Shown: positions 20,505 to 29,221, numbered from the stretch's first letter. The stretch: DNA of 64,000 nt from Candidatus Dadabacteria bacterium (GCA_009840385.1 VXNX01000003.1:21311-85310); one strand, 5' to 3'. The notes: a model not told the origin generated them from the sequence alone. Numbers and translations: made by a program.

Positions 20505-20718
20505 CGTTTCCGTTTTCCCTTTTCTGCCTGAGTTTAAGGGTCCGCAAAAGCAGGGTTAGTCCTGCTACCACTCCGCATACAAGACCTAGCAGGGTAAAGA
20601 AAGGGAAGGCGGTGTCAAGTTTTCCGTCAATATAGTCGCCGAGGAAGAGCCCTGCTATGACAGAAAAGCCGAATTCAATGCCGACTACAGTGAAAAAAAG
20701 CCAGTTAGGATTTCTAAT
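20491..20718 (-). CDS. AtpZ/AtpR-like small membrane protein (F0F1-ATPase-associated), start uncertain
   Basis: Hand translation of the minus strand gives ...VVGIEFGFSVIAGLFLGDYIDGKLDTAFPFFTLLGLVCGVVAGLTLLLRTLKLRQKRENG, the AtpZ two-helix pattern with DxxLGT. It overlaps the atpI start by about 14 bp. There is no in-frame ATG/GTG/TTG upstream, so an ATT near 20718 is the nearest candidate start. It is not in the ORF track. Confidence 0.45.
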   Translation of the reverse strand: MRNPNWLFFTVVGIEFGFSVIAGLFLGDYIDGKLDTAFPFFTLLGLVCGVVAGLTLLLRTLKLRQKRENGNDEKS

Positions 20719-20720
20719 CT

Positions 20721-22025
20721 CTACTCTCCCTGGGAAATCTCCAGAAGCGATGTGTGTATGGCCTGAAGCGTCTGATCTATCTGCTTTTTCGTATGCGCGG
20801 TTGAAACGAATACGCTTTCAAACTGGGACGGCGGAAACATGACCCCGTTTCGAAGGAGGTTTCTGAAGAATCTTGCGTACTTTTCGGTATCGCATCCAAG
20901 GGCCCTGGAGTAGTCCGTGACTCTCTCTCCGGTGAAAAAAACGGTGAACATGGAACCTACCGAGTTTACGGTGGCGGCAATACCGATTTCCGCTACTGTC
21001 TCCCTTATTCCCGATACAAGAGAGTCGGTCAGGCTCTCAAGGCGCCTGTAGGTTCTTGCGTTAAGCTCTTTTACGGTAGCAAGTCCAGCCGCCATGGCAA
21101 GCGGATTTCCCGAGAGGGTTCCCGCCTGGTACATGGGGCCTTCGGGGGAAACCATCCCCATTATTTTCCCGCTTGCCCCGTATGCTCCCACGGGAAGACC
21201 TCCTCCTATTATTTTCCCGAGACATGTTATGTCCGGGGTTACGCCGAACAGTGACTGCGCGCCTCCCCTGGCGAGGCGAAACCCCGTTATGACCTCGTCA
21301 AAGATGAGAAGGGCTCCGTGCCTTTTGCATGCCGAGCGCAGCCGCCTGAGGAAATTTTTCCCTGGGGTTACTACTCCCATGTTCCCCGCCACGGGTTCGA
21401 TTATTACCCCGGCTATTTTCTTCGGGTACTTCGCGAAAAGCTTCGCGACGGAATCTATGTCGTTATACCGCGCGAGCAGGGTTCTGTTCACAAACGATTT
21501 GGGAACCCCGGCGCTGCTCGGATTTCCGAAAGTAGTGGCTCCCGAGCCGGATTTAACGAGCAGAAAATCCGAGTGCCCGTGGTAACATCCCTCGAACTTC
21601 ACTATGTACTCCCTTCCGGTGGCTGCTCTTGCGAGCCTTATGGCACTCATCGTAGCCTCGGTTCCGGAGTTGGTCATGCGGATTTTTTCAATCGACGGGA
21701 AGCTTCTGGCTATCAGCGCGGCAAGGTCCGTTTCCAGTTCGCAGGGGGCGCCGTAACTTGTTCCAAGCGGAAGCCTTTTCTCCACGGCGCTTACGACCGA
21801 AGGGTGCGAGTGACCAAGTATCAGAGGACCCCAGGAGGCCACGTAGTCGATGAACCTGTTGCCGTCGGCGTCATACACGTAAGGACCTTCGGCCCTCGAT
21901 ACAAAAAGTGGCGAACCTCCGACGGCCGCGAAGGATCTCACTGGGCTGTTCACCCCGCCCACGAGAACGTTTCTCGCCCTGCGGAAAAGCTTTTCTGAAT
22001 TGCGGGTGTTGGGAATTATAGTCAT
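20721..22025 (-). CDS. hemL: glutamate-1-semialdehyde 2,1-aminomutase
   Basis: The 434-aa PLP aminotransferase class III protein has a HemL N-terminus (LFRRARNVLVGGVNSPVRSF) and a Lys-containing motif (ITCLGKIIGGG). Confidence 0.92.
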   Translation of the reverse strand: MTIIPNTRNSEKLFRRARNVLVGGVNSPVRSFAAVGGSPLFVSRAEGPYVYDADGNRFIDYVASWGPLILGHSHPSVVSAVEKRLPLGTSYGAPCELETDLAALIARSFPSIEKIRMTNSGTEATMSAIRLARAATGREYIVKFEGCYHGHSDFLLVKSGSGATTFGNPSSAGVPKSFVNRTLLARYNDIDSVAKLFAKYPKKIAGVIIEPVAGNMGVVTPGKNFLRRLRSACKRHGALLIFDEVITGFRLARGGAQSLFGVTPDITCLGKIIGGGLPVGAYGASGKIMGMVSPEGPMYQAGTLSGNPLAMAAGLATVKELNARTYRRLESLTDSLVSGIRETVAEIGIAATVNSVGSMFTVFFTGERVTDYSRALGCDTEKYARFFRNLLRNGVMFPPSQFESVFVSTAHTKKQIDQTLQAIHTSLLEISQGE

Positions 22026-23240
22026 AACTAGACAGTTACCTCTACTGTTCTTGGTCGAACAAGACCACTGCCTTGCTTAGTTTCCATCCTTCCGACCATG
22101 CGGCTAAGATTCCCGCCCGCAATCGAGATACCTCGATGAAGGATATTTATCGCAGCGTTTAAGTCCCTGTCTATCTCAAGTCCGCATGAGCATTTATGCG
22201 TCCGCACAGACAGGTTCTTTTTCACCGTTGCTCCGCAGCTTGAGCATTTCTGCGAAGTATTCTTGGGATTCACACGTACCATCTTAACGCCAGCACTTTC
22301 GGCCTTCTCGTTAAGAAGCGTAATGAACCTGCCCCAAGCCTGCTCAGATATATTCTTTGCCAACTGCTTGTTGCGAAGCATGTTTTTTGTCTCTAACTTC
22401 TCCACTGCTATAAAGTCGTACATTTTCACCAACTCAGCAGTCAATCGGTGAAGGTAGTTTCTTTCCTTGTCCGTTACCCTTTGCCATTCTTTGGCGAGCA
22501 GGGATGCGGCTTTACGTCTGTTGTTCGATCCTTTCACCTTGCGGGACATGGAGCGTTGCAGACGTACCAGTTTCTTTCTGTCTATCTCCCGCTTGGCCAC
22601 CTTCTCTCCATCGCTCAGAGCAAGACGTTTCGATATGCCTACGTCTATACCCACGGGGCGGGTTGTCCCTTTCACGGTTTCAACATCCGGCAGTTTATAA
22701 GACAACGCCACTTCAGTTCTCAAAGGCTTCCTTGTAATCCGTACTGCCTTGAGAAGACCGTTCGGAGGAAGTTCCCGGGACGGCTTCACCACGATACGGG
22801 GAAGTCCTTTTATCTTGAGGACTGTTTTGTCGCCCTCACTCTTTAGCATCCGCCAGCACTGGTCATTTATCTCTATAGTATGCCAACGGTACTTGCTCTG
22901 CCAGCGGGGAAATCCTGCCTTCTCCTTGGCTTTTACCCTGCGGAAAAACGACTGAAATGCCTTGTCTATCCTGCCCACAACACCTCGGAACACTTGAACG
23001 CTTATGCTCTCGTACTCAGGATCATCTGCCCTTACCTCGGTCAATGCCCTGCACTGGTCGTAATATGAGCGACCTTTGCCCGTCTTCTTGTAGCAGTCAA
23101 TCCGCTCCTCAAGGCAGGCGTTGTAAAGGTCGGCACACATCTGAAATACTCGGGAAAGCGTTTCGTGCCCCGACCTAGATAGCTTGGCCCGGCATTTGTA
23201 AGTCCTTATCATGATTGTGTTATACCTAACTGTCTAGTTA
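22025..23240 (-). mobile_element. IS200/IS605-family (IS1341-like, tnpB-only) insertion element delimited by a perfect 14-bp inverted repeat
   Basis: TAACTAGACAGTTA at 22025-22038 and its exact reverse complement TAACTGTCTAGTTA at 23227-23240 bracket the tnpB ORF. The segment sits between hemL and cpoB. Confidence 0.7.
22028..23212 (-). CDS. tnpB: RNA-guided endonuclease TnpB (IS605 OrfB family transposase-associated)
   Basis: The 394-aa product has a split RuvC (GIDVGISKRLALSDGEKV; E in FIAVEKLETKNM; DRDLNAAINI) and a zinc finger (CSSCG...CSCG). Confidence 0.88.
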   Translation of the reverse strand: MIRTYKCRAKLSRSGHETLSRVFQMCADLYNACLEERIDCYKKTGKGRSYYDQCRALTEVRADDPEYESISVQVFRGVVGRIDKAFQSFFRRVKAKEKAGFPRWQSKYRWHTIEINDQCWRMLKSEGDKTVLKIKGLPRIVVKPSRELPPNGLLKAVRITRKPLRTEVALSYKLPDVETVKGTTRPVGIDVGISKRLALSDGEKVAKREIDRKKLVRLQRSMSRKVKGSNNRRKAASLLAKEWQRVTDKERNYLHRLTAELVKMYDFIAVEKLETKNMLRNKQLAKNISEQAWGRFITLLNEKAESAGVKMVRVNPKNTSQKCSSCGATVKKNLSVRTHKCSCGLEIDRDLNAAINILHRGISIAGGNLSRMVGRMETKQGSGLVRPRTVEVTV

Positions 23241-23292
23241 ATTCCCCGGGTATTCATAGGAAACGGTTCGACGCCGACCGGGATTAGAGTTC

Positions 23293-24114
23293 TTATTCTT
23301 CCGATGCCGACAGGCTTTTTATGTGTTTTTTCGCCATGGCGGCTTCTGGTGACTCAGGGAACGCTTCAATCAGCGATTCGAAAAAGAGACTCGCCTCGTT
23401 CGGTTTCCCTATTTCCATAAGCGCGAGCCCCTGATTGAGTTGGCAAAGAGGGATTTTGGGACTGGCGGGCCAGGTTTCGATTATGTTCTGGTATTCGAGT
23501 ATGGCTTCCTCGTAAAGCTTTTCCTTGAAGTAGGAATCGGCGATCAGAAACATCGCGTCTGAAGCCTTATCGCCCCTTGGGTCGTCGGCCAGATAGTCTC
23601 TAAGCAGCGCTCTCGCGGTTCCGTAATTTCCGTTGTCAAACTCCTTCCGTCCCATATCGTAGTTCTTTCTTGAGACTTTCTCCGCGGTAGGGGTTTCGGC
23701 CGGAGCAGCTTCAGGTTCGGCTGTCGGGGTCTCAGAAGGTGTTTGGGGCGCAGCGGCGGGCGGCGTCTGTGGTACGGGGGCTGTCTGTTGAGGTGCGGGA
23801 ATTGTTTTCATCGACAGTTTGCTTTCTATTTTCTTGAAGCGTTCTTCATTCTGCGCGTGCATTTCCGCTATCATCTGTTCCAGTTCCAGAAGCTTGTTTT
23901 CAAGTTCGAAAGCCTTTTCGTTGAGATCAAGGATGTTCTCTTCTTTCTTTACTTCAGCTTTCAGCCAGTCGATATCCTTCTGCGTCTTTTTCAGGGTTGT
24001 CTCGATTTCCCTTTGCCTCGAGTAAAGAAAGTCCGTGTCCCCTTCCGTCGCCACGCACCCGTACATAAATATGGAGCAGAACGATATCGCTACGGCAAGA
24101 ATTTTTCTTCTCAT
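23293..24114 (-). CDS. cpoB: cell-division coordinator CpoB (YbgF), a Tol-Pal system protein
   Basis: The product has a signal peptide with lipobox-like CVA, an N-terminal coiled coil, a Pro/Ala/Thr-rich linker, and C-terminal TPR repeats (YDMGRKEFDNGNYGTARALLRDYL..., EAILEYQNIIETWP...). Confidence 0.75.
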   Translation of the reverse strand: MRRKILAVAISFCSIFMYGCVATEGDTDFLYSRQREIETTLKKTQKDIDWLKAEVKKEENILDLNEKAFELENKLLELEQMIAEMHAQNEERFKKIESKLSMKTIPAPQQTAPVPQTPPAAAPQTPSETPTAEPEAAPAETPTAEKVSRKNYDMGRKEFDNGNYGTARALLRDYLADDPRGDKASDAMFLIADSYFKEKLYEEAILEYQNIIETWPASPKIPLCQLNQGLALMEIGKPNEASLFFESLIEAFPESPEAAMAKKHIKSLSASEE

Positions 24115-24896
24115 TGGTTATCTGGAGAATTGCTTTCTGAAGGGCTGTCAGCTGAGAGGGCTATGAAGTGTCCCCGCCTGTTGCGGCCGTAGGCCTCTTC
24201 CGATGTCCCTTCCTGCCATATTTCCGTTTCTCCCTTGCTGATGGAATGTAGCATCTCGGGAGACATTCCTTTTCCGATCATATACTTCTTGATCTCATCC
24301 GCTCTTTTCTTTCCAAGGGAGAGGTTGTATTCTTCGGTTCCTCGGATGTCGCAGAAACCGAAGACTAGGATGAATTTGATCTTGTCTTTGTTCTTTTCAA
24401 AGATAGCGATGTTGCCGTCGATTACATCCATTGCCTCTTGTGGTATCTCCGAACTGTCGAATTCGAAGAAAACATCCGAAGTGGGAAGGTTGATAAGGTT
24501 TTCTCTGGAAAAAGAGTCGCGGAGCAGGGATTTTCGTATTTCCTGGGCGGCTTCGTCAAAGCCCTCCATGAAGGTGTCTTCCCTTGCGACTCCGACCGCC
24601 TGGGTGGCCTTAAGTTCCGCTTGGGAAAGAACCTTTTCGGCTTCCTCAAACTCTCCGTCACTGACTAGGCTCTTTGCCAGTTCGAAAAGCTTTTGCGCTT
24701 CTTCGTACTCCCAAGTGTCTTCAGCCCCCTCAGCACGGGCTTCTTCAAGTTTTTCCGAAACTGCCAGAACCCTGTACTCAACTTCTGCTGAAGGTTCTTC
24801 AGGTGGGGGAGGGAGAGTCTTCTTCGAACACCCCGAAATGTGCAAAACGCCCACAACCAAGAAGAGAAAGGCAACCGCCGGGACTATTTTTTTCAT
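24111..24896 (-). CDS. OmpA-family lipoprotein (Pal-like peptidoglycan-associated lipoprotein)
   Basis: The likely start is MKKIVPAVAFLFLVVGVLHISGC, which includes a lipobox. The C-terminus is an OmpA-like domain (FEFDSSEIPQEAMDVIDGNIAIF...GFCDIRGTEEYNLSLGKKRADEIKKYM). It overlaps cpoB by 4 bp. Confidence 0.75.
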   Translation of the reverse strand: MKKIVPAVAFLFLVVGVLHISGCSKKTLPPPPEEPSAEVEYRVLAVSEKLEEARAEGAEDTWEYEEAQKLFELAKSLVSDGEFEEAEKVLSQAELKATQAVGVAREDTFMEGFDEAAQEIRKSLLRDSFSRENLINLPTSDVFFEFDSSEIPQEAMDVIDGNIAIFEKNKDKIKFILVFGFCDIRGTEEYNLSLGKKRADEIKKYMIGKGMSPEMLHSISKGETEIWQEGTSEEAYGRNRRGHFIALSADSPSESNSPDNQ

Positions 24897-25040
24897 GTAT
24901 AGAATTTCAGTATGTTTTAAAAGGCGCCACCGAGTTGTGGCGGGTAAACTTAAAGACGGGATTACTGTAGCACACGGGGGAAGGTTTTTCAATTCTCCTG
25001 GAGCGTTTTTCTCGCTTGGGACAAAAAAAGGAGTTTTTCA

Positions 25041-25616
25041 GTGAACGAAGCGTCTTCGGTTTCCGGGATTTTCTGGCATAACTCCCCGGTGGTGGTCATA
25101 ACCAGCAGGCGGGAGGATGAAATAAACGGCCAGGTGGCGGTAACCCTTGTCACCTCCTCGATAGTCCATACCGTGCCTAGGCTCCTTATCGGTATATGGA
25201 AGGGAAACCACACCCATGGGTTCATAATGAAAAGCAGAAATCTGGTGGTTCACCTCCTGAAAAGGGATCAGATAGCCCTTGTGCGAAACTTCGGTTTTTA
25301 CTCGGGCAGGGACAGGAAAAAGTTCCCCGGCATAGACCACTTCGAGGGCAGAAACGGCTGCCCTGTCCTAAGGGATGTCCATTCCTATGTCGAGTGCTCA
25401 GTGCTAAACGCCATGGACGGAGGAGACATGACGGCTTTTCTTGTAAGCGCCGACTACGGGGAGGTAGTTAGGGGAGGGGAGTGGATGACGCTTGGGGACT
25501 TCTACTCCCTTGCCCCCGAGCAGTGGGTGATGGAGTACGGACAGAAGCTCATGGAGTCTGTGAGCTTTTCCATGCCGATAATACATAAAATAAGCCACGA
25601 GCCGTTTGAGCCCTAA
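25041..25616 (+). CDS. flavin reductase-like domain protein
   Basis: The product has the FMN-binding split-barrel pattern (VVVITSRREDEINGQVAVTLVTSSI...NLVVHLL). A GTG start is likely. Confidence 0.65.
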   Translation: MNEASSVSGIFWHNSPVVVITSRREDEINGQVAVTLVTSSIVHTVPRLLIGIWKGNHTHGFIMKSRNLVVHLLKRDQIALVRNFGFYSGRDRKKFPGIDHFEGRNGCPVLRDVHSYVECSVLNAMDGGDMTAFLVSADYGEVVRGGEWMTLGDFYSLAPEQWVMEYGQKLMESVSFSMPIIHKISHEPFEP

Positions 25617-25635
25617 GCGGCCGCCGTTTTTTCCT

Positions 25636-26034
25636 TCAGCGGATTATTATGGTCGCGGAGGCTGAGTTTCTCTCCGCGTATTTTCTCAGCTTGCCTCGGA
25701 GTTTCTTTTTGAACCAGTCTCTTGTAAAGGGGATGAGAAGGGAGAAGCCGAGAAGGTCCGTGAGCAGTCCCGGGGTGAGAAGCACCACCCCTCCCACGAG
25801 TATTAGAAGGCCGTTTATGAGGCTTTCCGTTGGCGCCCGGCCCTGGGCGAGCTCCGCCCTTATCGCGCCGACGGTACGCGTCCCCTGGCTTCTTGCAAGC
25901 GCCGCTCCAAGCACTCCCGTTGCTATTACTATGAATATGGTCGGCCAGAGCCCTATCAGGTTTCCGAGCTTTATGAGCAGCGCCAGCTCAATGAGCGGAA
26001 CCACCGTGAACAGAATTAACAGTCTTACAAACAT
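25636..26034 (-). CDS. fxsA: FxsA family inner-membrane protein
   Basis: The product begins MFVRLLILFTVVPLIELALLIKLGNLIGLWPTIFIVIATGVLGAALARSQG, the FxsA signature. The track ORF is extended upstream, and the likely start is the ATG at 26034. Confidence 0.8.
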   Translation of the reverse strand: MFVRLLILFTVVPLIELALLIKLGNLIGLWPTIFIVIATGVLGAALARSQGTRTVGAIRAELAQGRAPTESLINGLLILVGGVVLLTPGLLTDLLGFSLLIPFTRDWFKKKLRGKLRKYAERNSASATIIIR

Positions 26035-26109
26035 TTGAATTCCCCCCGGGCAATCCCGGTTATCTGTTACGGTATAATAATATATCCGGGGGGAAATGCC
26101 GAATTGCCG

Positions 26110-26850
26110 ATGGGAAAGCTGCCTTCGCGAAGAAAAATTCTCATATCCTTTCTGCTCATTCTGTGCCTGGGGGCGGGGGGATGCCGGCTCTTCAGGTTTC
26201 TCGAGGTAAAGGGCCAGCTCGGGAATTTCACCGAGAATTTCAGCGTGAGCGACCACGACGGCCTCAGGCTTATATTTAAAAAGCCCGTGCTGCTCGCAGG
26301 AGACATGGCGTGGCTTATGGTCTACTCGCCGCCCGTAAAAACCCGCGTTTCGCAGGACACCGAGCTTTGGACCTATCATCTGGTAAAGAAATACCCGGGC
26401 AGAAAAAGCGAAGGCGGAAATTTCGACCTGGCAATGGGAATGAAGCTTTGTGGCAGGAAGCTTTGCGAGATCGTCTTTCCCGAGCGTTTCACTAAGTATA
26501 TAAGCAAGGAGGTTCTCGGGAAGGTGATGGGCTCGGTAGGCGGTGCCGAAGTGAAAAAGCTTGCAAAGACAAGCACCGCGGCGGTTACGTCTCTTGAATC
26601 CAAGGAAATTCCGAACCTCTCGGAGGTGATAGAGATTCTCGGCCGTCCGTACGCAAAGCTAAACGAGGAGGGCGGCAGCGTTTTCGTCTATAAGTACAGG
26701 TTGCGGGAAAAAACCCCCGAGGGAAAATACGTGGTGTTCAGTCTTCTTTTGAGCTTTAACGAGAAAACGGCCAAGCTCAAGAGGCTCGTGCTTCCGCTTA
26801 GAAGCGTGAAGCTCGCGATGAATTTCGAGTCGGACGGGGCGGGAAGATGA
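26110..26850 (+). CDS. hypothetical lipoprotein
   Basis: The product has a signal peptide with a lipobox (ILISFLLILCLGAGGC). Its stop overlaps the ispE start (ATGA). Confidence 0.5.
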   Translation: MGKLPSRRKILISFLLILCLGAGGCRLFRFLEVKGQLGNFTENFSVSDHDGLRLIFKKPVLLAGDMAWLMVYSPPVKTRVSQDTELWTYHLVKKYPGRKSEGGNFDLAMGMKLCGRKLCEIVFPERFTKYISKEVLGKVMGSVGGAEVKKLAKTSTAAVTSLESKEIPNLSEVIEILGRPYAKLNEEGGSVFVYKYRLREKTPEGKYVVFSLLLSFNEKTAKLKRLVLPLRSVKLAMNFESDGAGR

Positions 26851-27710
26851 GTTTTGTAAAGCTCCTCTCCCCGGCTAAGGTGAACCTGTTTCTGAGGATT
26901 CTCGGAAAGCGCCCAGATGGATATCACGATCTCCAGTCCCTAGTGCAGCCCGTAAGCCTCTTTGACGAGATAAGCCTTTCGGTCGAATCGGGAGAAGGGG
27001 TCAGCCTTTTTTCTTCTGGGAGGGAGATGTCTTCCGGAAGTGACAATCTTGCCGTGGCCGCCTGTCGGCTTTATCTTGATTCCGCCTCGACGCGAAAAAA
27101 GGTTTCGGTAGGAGTGAAAAAGAATATTCCTCTCGGCGCGGGCCTTGGCGGCGGAAGTTCGAACGCCGCGGCGGTTCTCGTGGGCCTTAACAGAGTTCTC
27201 AGGAACTTTGCTGACCGGGACCTGCTGCGGATGGCTGCGTCTCTGGGTGCGGATGTCCCATTTTTTATAAGATGCACCTCTTCGTTTGTCGAGGGAGCGG
27301 GAGAAGAGGTAACGGTACTTTCGGATTTCCCGCTTCTTCACTACGTTATCCTTTTCCCGGGCAAAGGCCTCTCCACCGGGGAAGTTTACGACAAGCTGGA
27401 ACTTCCCGAGCAGCCGCCCGAGGGAGTCGACCCTGCTTTCTTGGTAGAGCGGTTCCGCGACGGCTTCCCCCTTGAAAACGGTCTTGAGGATGCGGCTTGC
27501 GGGATTTTGCCCGACATTCTTTCCTTCAAGGAGATTTTCCGGTCGCTCGGGGCTAGCTTCGTGCTGGTCTCCGGGAGCGGATCTTCCGTTTTTTCAGTTT
27601 TCCGCGAGCGCGGGGAAGCGGAGGAAATCTACGAATACCTGAGGACTTCTTCACAATTTGACGTTTTTCTGGCCCAGGGGATAAGCGGCTGGCATTTCCT
27701 TGCGGACTGA
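26847..27710 (+). CDS. ispE: 4-diphosphocytidyl-2-C-methyl-D-erythritol kinase
   Basis: The product has GHMP kinase motifs (SPAKVNLFLRILGKRPDGYH; PLGAGLGGGSSNAAAVL). Confidence 0.9.
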   Translation: MSFVKLLSPAKVNLFLRILGKRPDGYHDLQSLVQPVSLFDEISLSVESGEGVSLFSSGREMSSGSDNLAVAACRLYLDSASTRKKVSVGVKKNIPLGAGLGGGSSNAAAVLVGLNRVLRNFADRDLLRMAASLGADVPFFIRCTSSFVEGAGEEVTVLSDFPLLHYVILFPGKGLSTGEVYDKLELPEQPPEGVDPAFLVERFRDGFPLENGLEDAACGILPDILSFKEIFRSLGASFVLVSGSGSSVFSVFRERGEAEEIYEYLRTSSQFDVFLAQGISGWHFLAD

Positions 27711-27803
27711 ATCCTTTAGATGAGCCGCTCGTTGACGATCTTCCCCCTTTGTTACGGCTAACCGCTTTATATTTTCCTGGAACAATCTAAATATCTGTTC
27801 TGC

Positions 27804-27832
27804 TTGCAAAAATGGGGTAGTGAAAGTAAAAT
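27804..27832 (+). promoter_or_regulatory. sigma70-like promoter candidate upstream of the SRCR-domain gene
   Basis: TTGCAA (27804-27809), a 17-nt spacer, then TAAAAT (27827-27832), about 65 bp upstream of the start codon at 27897. Confidence 0.4.
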
Positions 27833-27896
27833 GGCTAAGAGCGAGAAAAAGCTGATCAGAACCGGAAAGCTGCCCTGATTTAAACCAGTCTTTAGA

Positions 27897-29207
27897 ATGA
27901 AAACAGCACTCTTGGGAAAACTTGGAAATCGCCTCGGAAACAGGGGTAATCACTTGATACGCATTGGAAGCAAGGCCGCTAGGGCCCTGGATGTGTCACG
28001 CGTTTTCGTTGTGGCCGCGGGATTTCTGTTTGGGCTTTGGCTGATGGGTGCACCCGCAGAGGTAAACACTCAGGAAACTGTTTCTGATGGCGACCTCCGG
28101 TTGGTGGATATAACTACCGGCGAGGTAGTGAGCCTCATTGTAACTCCGGCACCTTCGGGCAGGCTTGAAATATTCGATGATCCAGACGGCGACGGTGCCG
28201 GCGAATGGAAGGGCATATGCGATGATGGGTTGGAGACTCTGGGAAGAGAAGAGGACAACAATATCCGGGTAGTCGGCAGGCAGGAGGCCGAGGTCGCTTG
28301 TCGCCAGCTTGGTTTCTCTGGGGGAACTCCGCTTACCAAGCTTGCGGTGCCGGATGACGCTGCGGGAGATGGCGAGGCTCCGTTAGAGTATTACTTGCTT
28401 GACGATCTTGAATGTTCGGGATCTGAAGCAAGGATATTTGGCGAGGACAAGTGCAAGCATTTGCAGCGCGGAGAGAACAACTGCGGTGCCGATGAGGCTT
28501 TCGGTGTTGCCTGCGAAGCCGCGACTTCGAACAACGACGCCGTCGGGCAGATTGCGGTCAGGGGTACCGAAACGAAAACCGGGGTTACGGTGGCTGCGGA
28601 TCACTCCGGTATAACTGACGAGGACGGCAAGCCGGCGGAGGAGGGTTCCTTTGCCTATCAGTGGATTAGGGTTGATGTTGCTTACAACGAGACTGAAATT
28701 CCAAGTGCGACGAGTTCCACCTATGTTTTCCAGTCCATAGATGAAGAGAACTGGGTCAAAGTGAGAATCAGATTCACCGATGACGAGGACAATTCGGAGG
28801 AAGTTACAAGCTTTGAGGTAGGGCCGATTTACCCTGATCTGCCCGACGGTAGCCTGCGATTGATCTCCACCACCGATACGAGTACAGGTGAAACTTCGGG
28901 TTCCAGCTCGGGGATGCTTGAAATATTTGATAATGAGACAAAGCAGTGGAAGGGGATATGTGATGACGGGTGGGGCACAGAAGAGGCAGAAGTCGCGTGT
29001 AGGCAGTTAGGCTTGTCCGGAGGCACCGCGGAGACGAATATAATCCGGATAGGATTGCCTCCGCTTCTTTTCCTGCTTGATGATGTAGACTGTGGCGGTA
29101 CCGAAACCATGCTGTTTGAGTGCGGGCATGCGGGATTTGGAGTCAGCGACTGCACTTCATGGGAATACGCGGGCGTCACTTGCGAGGCTGTTTCTGACTC
29201 TCAGTAA
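27897..29207 (+). CDS. membrane-anchored or secreted protein with two SRCR (scavenger receptor cysteine-rich) domains
   Basis: There is an N-terminal hydrophobic anchor (VFVVAAGFLFGLWLMGAPA). Two roughly 110-aa units carry GRLEIFD...WKGICDDGW...EAEVACRQLGFSGG...LDDLECSGSE...C.H...NCGADEAFGVACEA, and the second copy carries GMLEIFDNETKQWKGICDDGWGTEEAEVACRQLGLSGG...LDDVDCGGTE...CGH...C...AGVTCEA. Confidence 0.75.
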   Translation: MKTALLGKLGNRLGNRGNHLIRIGSKAARALDVSRVFVVAAGFLFGLWLMGAPAEVNTQETVSDGDLRLVDITTGEVVSLIVTPAPSGRLEIFDDPDGDGAGEWKGICDDGLETLGREEDNNIRVVGRQEAEVACRQLGFSGGTPLTKLAVPDDAAGDGEAPLEYYLLDDLECSGSEARIFGEDKCKHLQRGENNCGADEAFGVACEAATSNNDAVGQIAVRGTETKTGVTVAADHSGITDEDGKPAEEGSFAYQWIRVDVAYNETEIPSATSSTYVFQSIDEENWVKVRIRFTDDEDNSEEVTSFEVGPIYPDLPDGSLRLISTTDTSTGETSGSSSGMLEIFDNETKQWKGICDDGWGTEEAEVACRQLGLSGGTAETNIIRIGLPPLLFLLDDVDCGGTETMLFECGHAGFGVSDCTSWEYAGVTCEAVSDSQ

Positions 29208-29221
29208 ATTCTCTTTCCGAA

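Noticed and set aside
20657-20842. A 61-aa plus-strand ORF between atpI and hemL.
   Set aside because: The opposite strand encodes a convincing AtpZ/AtpR-like two-helix protein in operon with atpI-atpB-atpE. The plus-strand product has no TM segment or motif and runs into hemL antisense.
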